Below, piece after piece: positions 50,201 through 58,278 of a DNA stretch of 58,278 nucleotides. Source of the DNA: Barthelona sp. PAP020 (Eukaryota). A program made the translations under genes and the position numbers. The stretch's first letter is position 1. Every line of letters begins with the position of its first letter. The stretch is taken from contig JARQWU010000034.1 in the NCBI GenBank assembly GCA_040182905.1, forward strand, positions 1 through 58,278, read 5' to 3'. The notes under the pieces were generated by a model. The model did not search any database, was not told where the DNA came from, and worked only from the letters and a program-made list of their open reading frames with translations.

Positions 50201-53200
50201 CCAGAAAGGTTGATATATCTTGGTATTTTGTCCCTTTACTGGATAGTCATATGCAGTAACGTACTTTCCACTTTCAGTGTGTGGTAAGACTTCAAAACGA
50301 CAAGAATTAATGTGTGCAAGATTGTATGAGAAAGTGACCTTCTCAACTCCAGAGTTGAAACCTCTTACAAAACCAGCAGGTTTTTGAACAGTAATTCCGT
50401 TAGTTGCAATATATTCAAGGGATGCTTCACAATAATAAGTCTTTTCAGCATCTAAATTCAATAAAGATTGACTAACATCAGTGGTACCAATGTTAATATC
50501 AATATAAGAGCTTAAATCAATAGCATACTTCATTTCAAATGTAGAGGATTCATAAGTAACAAAATAGAACACAAGTTCATCATTATCTATGGATAAATCT
50601 TCTAAATCAGTAGGTTTCAAATAGAGACCCGAATCAAGTCTATCACCAGATTTGTAACCAGTCTTTTCAGTTGAAATGTAGAAAAGAGGAACACTGGGAA
50701 GAAGGGATGAAGAATGACCGAAAATCTGACCAGATTCATCAATAACATTCTTGAACATTAAACGATAATGATGAACTTGATCCTTGTTTGTGAAAGGTAA
50801 AACATACTTATAAATGGTGTAAGCAGTCAAACTCTTGCTTTCAATAACATCTTCAGTGGCTAACTTAATTTGAGTAAGGGTTGAACTCAGTTTAAATTTG
50901 GTAGAAGGTGACAAAGTGAAGGTGATATTGACCAATTTCTCACATTCAATAGAAAACCAAATAATTTGATCATCCATACCAGTAACAGTATTTGTTTGAA
51001 TAATAGTACCGCCTTGAGCTTCAATATCCTGTTGAATAGAATTGTTTGTGAAAATAACAAACAAATTCTCTCCATTAGTTGGAAGTGTGGTTGGTAATAC
51101 ATAATACTTTTCAGTATCAGCATTAGAATAAGTTCCAACAGTTTCTTCCATATCAAATGGCTTAGCAACAATAGCATCAGGCTTTTTCAAATCAATTGTA
51201 CCTTCAGTTTCCTTTGTAGAACCCATAAGATAGAAAGTGACATCAAAAGCAACAGATTTCAAATCAACAGCGGAATATGTAAGAACAGCTTTGCTTGAAG
51301 CCATGAAGGTTCCAGTTTCAGCAAGATACATGTAATATCCGACATTAATATCATTCAAATTGGAAGGATAAACCATACTATTTGCACTGACATATTTTGC
51401 AAAAGGAACAGTAACTTTAATCATAGTGGGTTCAGCAGTTGCATACCCAGGAATCTTGATAGTTTGAGTTTCGGAAGTCAAAGTAACAGCAGTTTCAACA
51501 AAGAAAGAAATTTCAATTGAAGCGACCTTCTTTGAACTTAAATCAGCCTTTGAATAAACATACAAATATTCACCAATAGAATCAACAGATTGAATGGTAG
51601 CGTCTGTAGGCAATATTCCACTGGGAGTAAATTGCAAATCATCAACACTTAAACCACTGACACGCATGAAACCATTATTGGCAAAATATCCTTCAACATT
51701 GGAAGAAGTGATGCGACAATACTTGGCATTGTCAGGAACAACAATCTTGTAAAGATAAACACCTTCAGCTTTCCATTCAACCTTAGCATATCTGTTTTTG
51801 GAAGAAACAGGGAAAGTGTCAAGACTATCAATAGCACGGGTGATCCATTTAAACTTGTAATCAACATCCTTTGCAGGTTTACCTTCAATCTTGATTAACA
51901 TTCTGTTGGCAGAAGGTCTCATGATTGGCAAACGAGAAGAAGAATTACTGAATTTAACAGGCAAAGTTACACTGAGAGGATAAGTATCATTCATCAAAGT
52001 GTAGCTCAAAGTAACGATTGTGTCATCTTCACTGTCAGCATTAACAAATTCGAAGAAGATATTTTCGCTCTTTTGAGTAAATCTAACATCAACCAGATGA
52101 TATTCAACATCTTTCTTCAAAGAAATTGTTGCACCAGTTGTCTCCATGTCCGAAGCAGTAGTGATGTCAATAACTTGATGAGACTTATAATATTCACTCT
52201 TATGAACCATCAATTGACCTCTGTTAATCTTTTTGTTCTTATAATCATGGAAATCGATGCAATTGTATTTGGATCCACTGCATAATTCAGGATAGGCAAC
52301 CAAATAAAGAGTGGAGAAATCAGGTCTAACCCAACCACTGTTGGTTAAAGTTCCATAGAAAGGAGCTTTGTAATACTCTTCAACATGAATGGTGTTATCA
52401 TTATCATTTTCATTCTTCACAAATGAGAAATTAGCTCTGTACATTGAACTGGGAACAACATACTTGAAGACCTTGATAGGCTTGTCATCATTTGCAAAGT
52501 CGATGTCGGCAATCTTGGTATCTGATGAAACAGTAACACTAACCAAAGTGGCAACATACTTATCAATGGTAACAGTTAATTCACCTTCAATTTCACTAGG
52601 AATGTAGAATAAATAATAATAAGTGGCTTCCTCGATGTTGTAGAAGTTGTTAGTTTCAATATTATTGGAGAAAGATTCACCGCCAACTTGAGTGTATAGG
52701 TATTTACCATTAGAAGGCTGTAAGGTGAAGGTTTGGTAATACTTACTAACCTTAACATTTGCTTCACCCATATAAACAACGATTTGAGGAGCATCAGAAG
52801 TGTCAGACTTGAATGAAACATTGAAGAAACTGACAGCATCCAAATTATAATCCAATTTCACTTTCAAACCAAACATATCCTTGTTAACAGTATTAACTGA
52901 AATAGTTTGAGTTTCAGTGGTCTTTGAGGATAAATCAAAAGTGTAATCGAAAGAAGTAGTTGCAGGTTTTTTCTTAGCATAGATGGTGATCTTAGAAGAA
53001 GAAGTAGGATTAATAACAACATAAACAGCTTGACCGGGATAAACGATTGAATTTCCATCAATAACAGATAATTTCTTAATATCGTTGATCTTAGAAGCAG
53101 TAGGTAATAAAGCAAAACCTTCACTGTAGTAACTGACAGTAATTTCACTGGAGTTAATAATGTTAAATTCCAATAATTCAGAATCAGAGACACCTAAACA

Positions 53201-55882
53201 ATTATCATACTTGAAAACAGCAGGATGAGTTGTCTTAACAAATGTCTTAATGGGTTTAGTACTCTTGGAAGAAAGAGAAGTGAATACTTCAGGAGTTTTT
53301 CTTTCTAAAACGACAGTAGCTTTGTTCATAACATTATCACTTCCCTTGGAAACATAAAATTCAGCAAAATGACTGACACCAATAGCATGATTAACACACA
53401 TATAAGTAACAGCAGTTGTTAAAGATGTAGACTTATCAGCAATAGCCATAGGATTGACTTTAATAGCATCAGAATCCAAAATGTAATGAATCTTGAAACC
53501 ATTGTTTTGTAAGTTTTGGTCTAAATAAAAGGTGACATAAGTGATACTTTCATCACCAGCAAAATCGACAGTAAACTTAGTATAGGCATAACCATCAATA
53601 TTTTCAATGATATTTTGTCCATCCTTTAATTCAACCACTTGAGCATCAACAAATTCAACCTCCACTTCAAATTCATATTCTTGAGACTTGGTCAAAGATG
53701 TGAAATCAATATAGACACAATTGTCAGGTCTAGAATTATAAATAGATTCGAAAGATGCAGATGCAGAACTAGCTTCAGCAGAAGCCAAAATAAAACTGTC
53801 CCAAACAGATCCTTGGGTAAAGGAAGAAGTAATGGAAATAGTGCTGCTTTCAGGAGACAAAGACCTTAACGCTAATGGTAAATCTGAAGTGGTCTTGAGT
53901 GAACCAAAACCAATTTGCTTTTGAATAACTTTCACATGAAGATAATCTTTGAAATCAGCAGCTCCTTCAAGTTTAAGCATTCCATGAGTAGATTCAGCAG
54001 TAAAACTAATAGTTGCTTTGGAATTGTAACTCATGGCACCGATAATAGGTAATAAAGTGTGAGAAACAAACAAGCGAGTGTTAGGACTAGATCTGCTAAT
54101 CTGAACAACATAGTAATGGGTTCCAACAGGGAATTCTCCTTGAGTAACAAAAACAGAACCTAATTGAGAACCATAACCTAAACTAAAGAAGTTGGAATCA
54201 ACAATACTTTGAGTAAATGATCCGGTGTTTCCATCACCGACCAATTTGAAACTTTCCCAATCAGAATGTTCAGCAAAAATAGTTGAAACATCAAAAGAAA
54301 AAATGTAGAAATGTTGGTTGATATCAACAGCAACAGATTCTTCAATTGGCAAATCTTGAGGAACGACAACAACTCTTTCATAAGTGAAGGAAACAGCTTC
54401 AAAAACTCCATAATCAGGACCAACAATCTCAACATAATAAGTCTTGCCGGAAGTCATTTTGTTGTTTTCAACAATCAAAGTGAGAGATCCATCGCTGGTA
54501 CTCTTGGAAAAGTAATTACATTCTCTGTCTGTATTTCCTTCAGTCCTGGTGTAAGCATCAAGATCATCAAAAACAGAAATAGTAAAGCTGTTAGTGGATT
54601 CACCAACACGATCTTCAACATATAAATGATGAACCATAACACCTACTCCAGCAGGAGCAACAAAAGAGTAATAATTCTTCTTTAATCCTTTAAAAGTGTC
54701 AAATGTAACTCCTTCAGTATCAATGCTTGTGATAACTTGAGAAACTTTAATTGTTTCAACAAAAACATTAGAAGTAGTTGCTTTGTTGTTAATCATTAAA
54801 ACATAAATGGGAGATTCTTCAGTCAAACTATCAACAATAGCCTTAGTGATAGTAGTACTGTATAATCCAGTACCATCAACAGTTTCACTCATCTTGACAC
54901 CACCACATTTACTTTCAGTCTTGAAACCTTTAAAACCAGCAGCGAAATAATATAAATCAACGGAATCACCACCACCAAACACATCAATTCTGAAAGTTTC
55001 TGTAGCAGATGAAAGTGTAGAATACAAAGCATAAGGAATCTCAAAAAGAACTCTGGTTTCAGGATTTAAAACAACATTTTCAAGTTTTTCTTCTGAAATA
55101 ACCCTTTTGGTCCATTGTTTAGCAACATAGCGAAGACTTAATTCAACAGTTTCACTCTTGACAGTATCAGATACAATGTACAATGCGACCACAGTCTTAC
55201 TGGTATAAGACTCACAATTGGTTAATTGTAAACTCTTAATGTTTGCGTTGGTCTCAGTTGTATTTTTAACGGTCTCCCCACTCATTAAGATCCAATCAAA
55301 CTCAGTTGAGGTATCACGGATCATAGGAACAACATCAATAGAGGTAATACCAGTTTCTTCAGTAGATTTCATCTTTAATTCAAATTGAACATCAGTGAAT
55401 TCGAAGTTGGTCAAATCAAGGCCAATTTCAAATCTGTAAAACTTTCCTTTTGAGACTGTTTTAGTAACAAAAGTATCTGTAACTTCAGTAACAGCTTCAA
55501 AATTCACAGTTTCATAATAATAATCAAAAGTTGGCTTACAATCTTTAGAAGGACGATAAAAATAAATAATAGGGTAGAATCCAGCAATTCCATCATACAA
55601 CAAATGATATTTAGCACCAGAAGTTTGAGAGACTGTAGTCTTTCCAGTTAAATCTGTCCAACTTGGAATCTTAGAATTATCAGAAACAAATCCCATGTAA
55701 TATTCACCAGAACAAGATGAAGTAGCATTAATTGTAATGTTCAAATAGCAATCAGAACATTCAATCTTTGAACCAATCTTCTTCTGCAAATAATTATCAT
55801 CAGAAAATTCAATAACTTCCTTAGTAACACCAAATGCAATGGAAATAATCAATGCAAAAAGTATGAATTGCTTCAAATACAT
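47282..55882 (-). CDS. Very large type I membrane (surface) protein, 2866 aa, with a multi-beta-sandwich ectodomain and a juxtamembrane Cys module
   Basis: First ATG at 55882 (the track start 55891 is GTG). Signal peptide MYLKQFILFALIISIAFG; Tyr/Ser/Thr-rich beta-type ectodomain; TM helix LWLYILVIILIIVAVGSIL; tail ending MTANPLANQRRRQANIV. Confidence 0.8.
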   Translation of the reverse strand: MYLKQFILFALIISIAFGVTKEVIEFSDDNYLQKKIGSKIECSDCYLNITINATSSCSGEYYMGFVSDNSKIPSWTDLTGKTTVSQTSGAKYHLLYDGIAGFYPIIYFYRPSKDCKPTFDYYYETVNFEAVTEVTDTFVTKTVSKGKFYRFEIGLDLTNFEFTDVQFELKMKSTEETGITSIDVVPMIRDTSTEFDWILMSGETVKNTTETNANIKSLQLTNCESYTSKTVVALYIVSDTVKSETVELSLRYVAKQWTKRVISEEKLENVVLNPETRVLFEIPYALYSTLSSATETFRIDVFGGGDSVDLYYFAAGFKGFKTESKCGGVKMSETVDGTGLYSTTITKAIVDSLTEESPIYVLMINNKATTSNVFVETIKVSQVITSIDTEGVTFDTFKGLKKNYYSFVAPAGVGVMVHHLYVEDRVGESTNSFTISVFDDLDAYTRTEGNTDRECNYFSKSTSDGSLTLIVENNKMTSGKTYYVEIVGPDYGVFEAVSFTYERVVVVPQDLPIEESVAVDINQHFYIFSFDVSTIFAEHSDWESFKLVGDGNTGSFTQSIVDSNFFSLGYGSQLGSVFVTQGEFPVGTHYYVVQISRSSPNTRLFVSHTLLPIIGAMSYNSKATISFTAESTHGMLKLEGAADFKDYLHVKVIQKQIGFGSLKTTSDLPLALRSLSPESSTISITSSFTQGSVWDSFILASAEASSASASFESIYNSRPDNCVYIDFTSLTKSQEYEFEVEVEFVDAQVVELKDGQNIIENIDGYAYTKFTVDFAGDESITYVTFYLDQNLQNNGFKIHYILDSDAIKVNPMAIADKSTSLTTAVTYMCVNHAIGVSHFAEFYVSKGSDNVMNKATVVLERKTPEVFTSLSSKSTKPIKTFVKTTHPAVFKYDNCLGVSDSELLEFNIINSSEITVSYYSEGFALLPTASKINDIKKLSVIDGNSIVYPGQAVYVVINPTSSSKITIYAKKKPATTSFDYTFDLSSKTTETQTISVNTVNKDMFGLKVKLDYNLDAVSFFNVSFKSDTSDAPQIVVYMGEANVKVSKYYQTFTLQPSNGKYLYTQVGGESFSNNIETNNFYNIEEATYYYLFYIPSEIEGELTVTIDKYVATLVSVTVSSDTKIADIDFANDDKPIKVFKYVVPSSMYRANFSFVKNENDNDNTIHVEEYYKAPFYGTLTNSGWVRPDFSTLYLVAYPELCSGSKYNCIDFHDYKNKKINRGQLMVHKSEYYKSHQVIDITTASDMETTGATISLKKDVEYHLVDVRFTQKSENIFFEFVNADSEDDTIVTLSYTLMNDTYPLSVTLPVKFSNSSSRLPIMRPSANRMLIKIEGKPAKDVDYKFKWITRAIDSLDTFPVSSKNRYAKVEWKAEGVYLYKIVVPDNAKYCRITSSNVEGYFANNGFMRVSGLSVDDLQFTPSGILPTDATIQSVDSIGEYLYVYSKADLSSKKVASIEISFFVETAVTLTSETQTIKIPGYATAEPTMIKVTVPFAKYVSANSMVYPSNLNDINVGYYMYLAETGTFMASSKAVLTYSAVDLKSVAFDVTFYLMGSTKETEGTIDLKKPDAIVAKPFDMEETVGTYSNADTEKYYVLPTTLPTNGENLFVIFTNNSIQQDIEAQGGTIIQTNTVTGMDDQIIWFSIECEKLVNITFTLSPSTKFKLSSTLTQIKLATEDVIESKSLTAYTIYKYVLPFTNKDQVHHYRLMFKNVIDESGQIFGHSSSLLPSVPLFYISTEKTGYKSGDRLDSGLYLKPTDLEDLSIDNDELVFYFVTYESSTFEMKYAIDLSSYIDINIGTTDVSQSLLNLDAEKTYYCEASLEYIATNGITVQKPAGFVRGFNSGVEKVTFSYNLAHINSCRFEVLPHTESGKYVTAYDYPVKGQNTKIYQPFWTPVSLARENPTAVVGLSVPFEYRVTCNVNGEYKPFYESNCEYKSFGFKYKMNRVHDQRVLSLTSGQKLCYQGFISCATEQTVNYLDREMYFHVENSVSSTSITLEMMYPSEKNIFVDATSGSFKIATKKGITTNIYVNELLTDDVQTNYGQHMIMKINAIGYTNLKSLDRDDYLKYAAYKKTQITTISFTTADKEGSITSTTGDIYLNTEFIHHVVVGKEYPIMFSSNNADFEYEIEFVVLPHLKDMDIIETSSCYTLNPGDYFVLRTPYKEISVLQMMTGDITDFDYYTLSDPSNIEVVNIYADFNMIKGYAKAYLLYFKHLPYPTGFTEKMCLTNTDHVVSKLYERASSAVEYDFGELSTYYENYKYFGQSYYPLFTVPSVTKNEINFLKFTLPDSFDLDKDFIYIDDGSFAKDRTTIIFYEGQTLSQGFSVSSVGFTFKPMKKVFTYCIVHGDYSSVPYVKMVMVKGTSAIPRFDGETNEVTISTIGNVIEHVGMFIDGETVNSGVFTYESYGKQEMYHSFFNIESHKNGLIFLQGLSLIQEIDFGEYDKYMFLPLLTDKTITHTLKIKLNLLDDMEVLKFESEIAYLGQTLEKGKFYSFPFKSSILFYNISTEAEVYMYNYAEKTGYFTLASFDKSASKMATTDDYELYLIFYSPDKDTTLDYYQSELPSMKSEYVIEEGTQTCFSMDSQNFYLKLENLKNVKYLSFDPYRRYDSKYENAVAIEKLYEFNLTSNLPQYIDMADLLKGETRYSGKKFCLFYDAPATGEVAKISRVDRRYTDVGGICQGIQVLSADKTTDALILKSAEKKYVELLAAAFSKSSSWITSQDGVDSIVVKGLEPSAECQNALKSLACREFTVVGNDEFIPVDDIIEKCGWEDVDTKNNIDGFNTVPVEIVEPVMFKASVAETKNMLWLYILVIILIIVAVGSILRTCVFKKKDTETASTNVPSSSMTANPLANQRRRQANIV

Positions 55883-56481
55883 TGATGCCACAAAAAAAAA
55901 AAATAATAATAAAAGGCACCTTGCAAAAAAAAAATCTTCCTCTCCTTTGTTCTTGCTTTCTTTTGATTTTCAAAACCAAATATTTCTTCACAATTGAAAA
56001 AGAAATAATCAATTTTGTTTATATTTTGAAAAAGAAAAAAAATTATTCGACAATCTTTCATTATTGTTATTATTCTTGTTATCGGGGTAAGAATAAATTC
56101 CTGCTTTGTTTCGTGCTGTTATAATCAATAAAAAGTCTGCTAAACGGAAAAAGATTTCCTCCGCAGTCAAGCTTTTTGGATTATCTTCAGAATCGCACAT
56201 AATTTTCTTTAATCTGTAGTTTTTACAAAATAATAAGCAAGACATCAACTAAAATAGAATTTAATGTGAATAAAAAAGAAAAAAAAACATATATTTTATA
56301 TTTTTTCATGAAAATTACAGATAAACAATTCAAAAAGAATATTAGCAAACAAAAGAACAATTGAAACCAAAAAATTAAGTAAATTATCAAATATAACCAC
56401 ACTTAGCAAAAACAAAAAAATTTCCTTCATGTCTGAAATTTCCAAAAGTTTCGAAAATTTCAAATATTTTAAATGTTTTGA

Positions 56482-57513
56482 CTATTTTGCATCATTTTCG
56501 GTTGTTATTTCTGCAACAAAATCAATTTCATGAGCCTCATCAACTTCAAAAGATGTATCAAGCTCATCCTCAGATGCAAGCAAAACAACATGAGTTTCAG
56601 TATCACTAATACCTTTTTCCTTGCTTTCATCTTCATAAAAAATTGATTCTGATTCCTCCACATAGTCTGAATCCTCCACATTGTCAAAAAACTCATCTAA
56701 ATCAACACTCAGGGTTGAACCAGACAATTCTTGATCTAAGCTATGATTAGATTCCTGCTCTGTATTATTTGTACTTCGACATGATTCAACTCCCGCTTCT
56801 GTTGTTTCATTACTTTTATTTTGTTCCATTTTTTCTAGTTCAGATTGTTCATTCTCTTCTTTCTTTATATCAACAAAAGATGAAGTTTCAGTTTTGACAA
56901 TCTCACTGACATTCACTTCAATGGAATCATCAACCTCAAAGAAATTAGAACAAAATTCAACTGGTGATTTAATATCAACCCCAACTCTGTGCAAATGTTT
57001 GAAAATATTTCCAACATTTTGAACAATTTTTGAAATATTGATGTTCAAATCATTAACTCGACTTGCACATTTTGTTAATTGAGTTGAAACTGTATTTAAT
57101 TGCTTTACATAATCTTTTCTATCTTGAATAATACGATATTTTTGTCTAATAAATTGATTATTCAAAAAATCTATTCTTTCCAAGATATTATTTTGAGTCT
57201 CAATTTGTTGTTCCATTATAGAAGATAAAATAACCTGCTTCAATTCCAAATATTCAGTCAATTTTTGAACATCAACATTATATGAAGGATTCAACTCTTT
57301 AAATGTTTCCAAATCAATAGAACCATCATTACTTATTAAATCATCAGCTATTAACGGATGTGGAATGGACAATTCAGATAATTTTGAAAATATTCCTTCA
57401 ATACTGTTGTTATCAATTTTCTTTTCATGCTTATGCAAAGTTTGAACAGTTTCTACACTTCCTACATAAAGATCTTTTGATGTTTTTTGATCATTGGAAA
57501 CTTGTGGTCCCAT
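56482..57513 (-). CDS. Probable BORC subunit 5 (BORCS5/LOH12CR1, myrlysin)-like coiled-coil protein with a long acidic tail
   Basis: ATG at 57513 gives MGPQVS (MGxxxS myristoylation-like start). QIETQNNILERIDFL resembles the LOH1CR12 block DQNALVKRIKEM, and a coiled coil follows. Similarity is moderate and from recall only. Confidence 0.5.
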   Translation of the reverse strand: MGPQVSNDQKTSKDLYVGSVETVQTLHKHEKKIDNNSIEGIFSKLSELSIPHPLIADDLISNDGSIDLETFKELNPSYNVDVQKLTEYLELKQVILSSIMEQQIETQNNILERIDFLNNQFIRQKYRIIQDRKDYVKQLNTVSTQLTKCASRVNDLNINISKIVQNVGNIFKHLHRVGVDIKSPVEFCSNFFEVDDSIEVNVSEIVKTETSSFVDIKKEENEQSELEKMEQNKSNETTEAGVESCRSTNNTEQESNHSLDQELSGSTLSVDLDEFFDNVEDSDYVEESESIFYEDESKEKGISDTETHVVLLASEDELDTSFEVDEAHEIDFVAEITTENDAK

Positions 57514-57561
57514 AATCAAAAAACTTAAAACAAGGATTTTTTTTTACAAACATTCATCTTG

Positions 57562-58035
57562 ATGACTGAAATACTTCAACACTTAAAAAAGTATTGAAGA
57601 TAACTACATTTTTCAAATACACTAACTTTAATTAGTGCATGGGAGGTTGATCAAGCTATTCTTAGGGAGGAAGAACATGTTGTTTTAATAAGATTTGGTT
57701 ATGATTGGGAACCTAGTTGTATTGAAATGGATGCTATTTTACAAAAAATTTCATTAGAAGTATCAAATATGTGTAAAATATATTTAGTTGATATAAGAGA
57801 AGTACCTGACTTTAATTTAATGTATGATTTGATAGATCCTTTTTCTTTAATGTTTTTTTACAGAAATAAACACATTATGGTTGATGTTGGTACTGGAGAT
57901 AACAATAGAATCAATTTCAAAATTAGCGAACCAGAAGATTTGATTGATATTATTGAAACTGTGTACATAGGTGCTCGCAAATCCAAGGGTTTGGTTTTGG
58001 CTCCAAAAAGTTTTTCTGCCACGTCAAAATTCTGA
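57562..58035 (+). CDS. DIM1: Dim1/TXNL4A (U5 snRNP thioredoxin-like protein), 142 aa, two exons: 57562-57590 and 57636-58035
   Basis: The spliced product MTEILQHLKNAWEVDQAILREEEHVVLIRFGYDWEPSCIEMD...MFFYRNKHIMVDVGTGDNNRINF...DLIDIIETVYIGARKSKGLVLAPK matches Dim1 end to end. 429 nt = 142 aa plus stop. Confidence 0.95.
57591..57635 (+). other. 45-nt spliceosomal GT-AG intron in DIM1
   Basis: Donor GTATTG, branch point ACTAAC at 57621-57626, acceptor TTTAATTAG. The intron contains an in-frame TGA, and removing it restores the conserved Dim1 N-terminus (HLxNxWxVDQAI). Confidence 0.93.
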
Positions 58036-58278
58036 TTTTTGTTCTCCATAATGAATCAAGGAATACTGGTCGGCATTTTACAAAGAGTTTTCCAACTTTA
58101 CAATTAATATGTCTAGTTGTAAGGATGTTAATAAAGACATTAAAATATGGTTTGTTTTTTTTCAAGAAACGTCTTTTTTCGAGGGAAACAATTATTTTTT
58201 TCATTTATTTTTAATCTAAGATTTAAATAGACAGAAAAATTGGGAACAAAAAAAAAAAAAAATAAAAAAACAGACAAA

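Noticed and set aside
1..58278. Alternative genetic code, CRISPR array, rRNA/tRNA genes or a prokaryotic operon
   Set aside because: All three stops terminate conserved genes at expected positions and the genes are eukaryote-specific, with a spliceosomal intron. No repeat-spacer array, cloverleaf or rRNA-like segment was seen.

Overview
This is AT-rich, gene-dense, almost intron-free eukaryotic (protist) nuclear DNA in the standard genetic code (TAA, TAG and TGA all end genes). The compaction and the one short intron with an ACTAAC branch point close to the 3' AG resemble intron-poor protists such as metamonads, but the taxon cannot be fixed from this window. Conserved genes recognised by motif recall: RPC40/AC40 (3' end), STRIP1/Far11, a tandem cNMP-binding protein, PP4R4, Hop2, an Lnt-like nitrilase-fold membrane protein, SCAI, a probable BORCS5 and Dim1/TXNL4A. 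About 70% of the window encodes large secreted or membrane proteins. The main feature is a ~29.5-kb minus-strand locus (5806-35275) split into 3327-aa and 6524-aa ORFs by one +1 frame break near 25323. Joined, they give a ~9,820-aa protein: signal peptide, autotransporter/adhesin-like beta-helix stalk, Pmp-like repeats, Cys-rich repeats and a ~9-TM domain. Other notable items are a C2H2 zinc finger fused to Hop2, a stand-alone secreted I29 cathepsin-propeptide-like protein, a ~1.07-kb non-coding element with imperfect terminal inverted repeats plus a third copy of that repeat at ~5.5 kb, and the window's only detected intron sitting in a spliceosome gene. No database searches were run.
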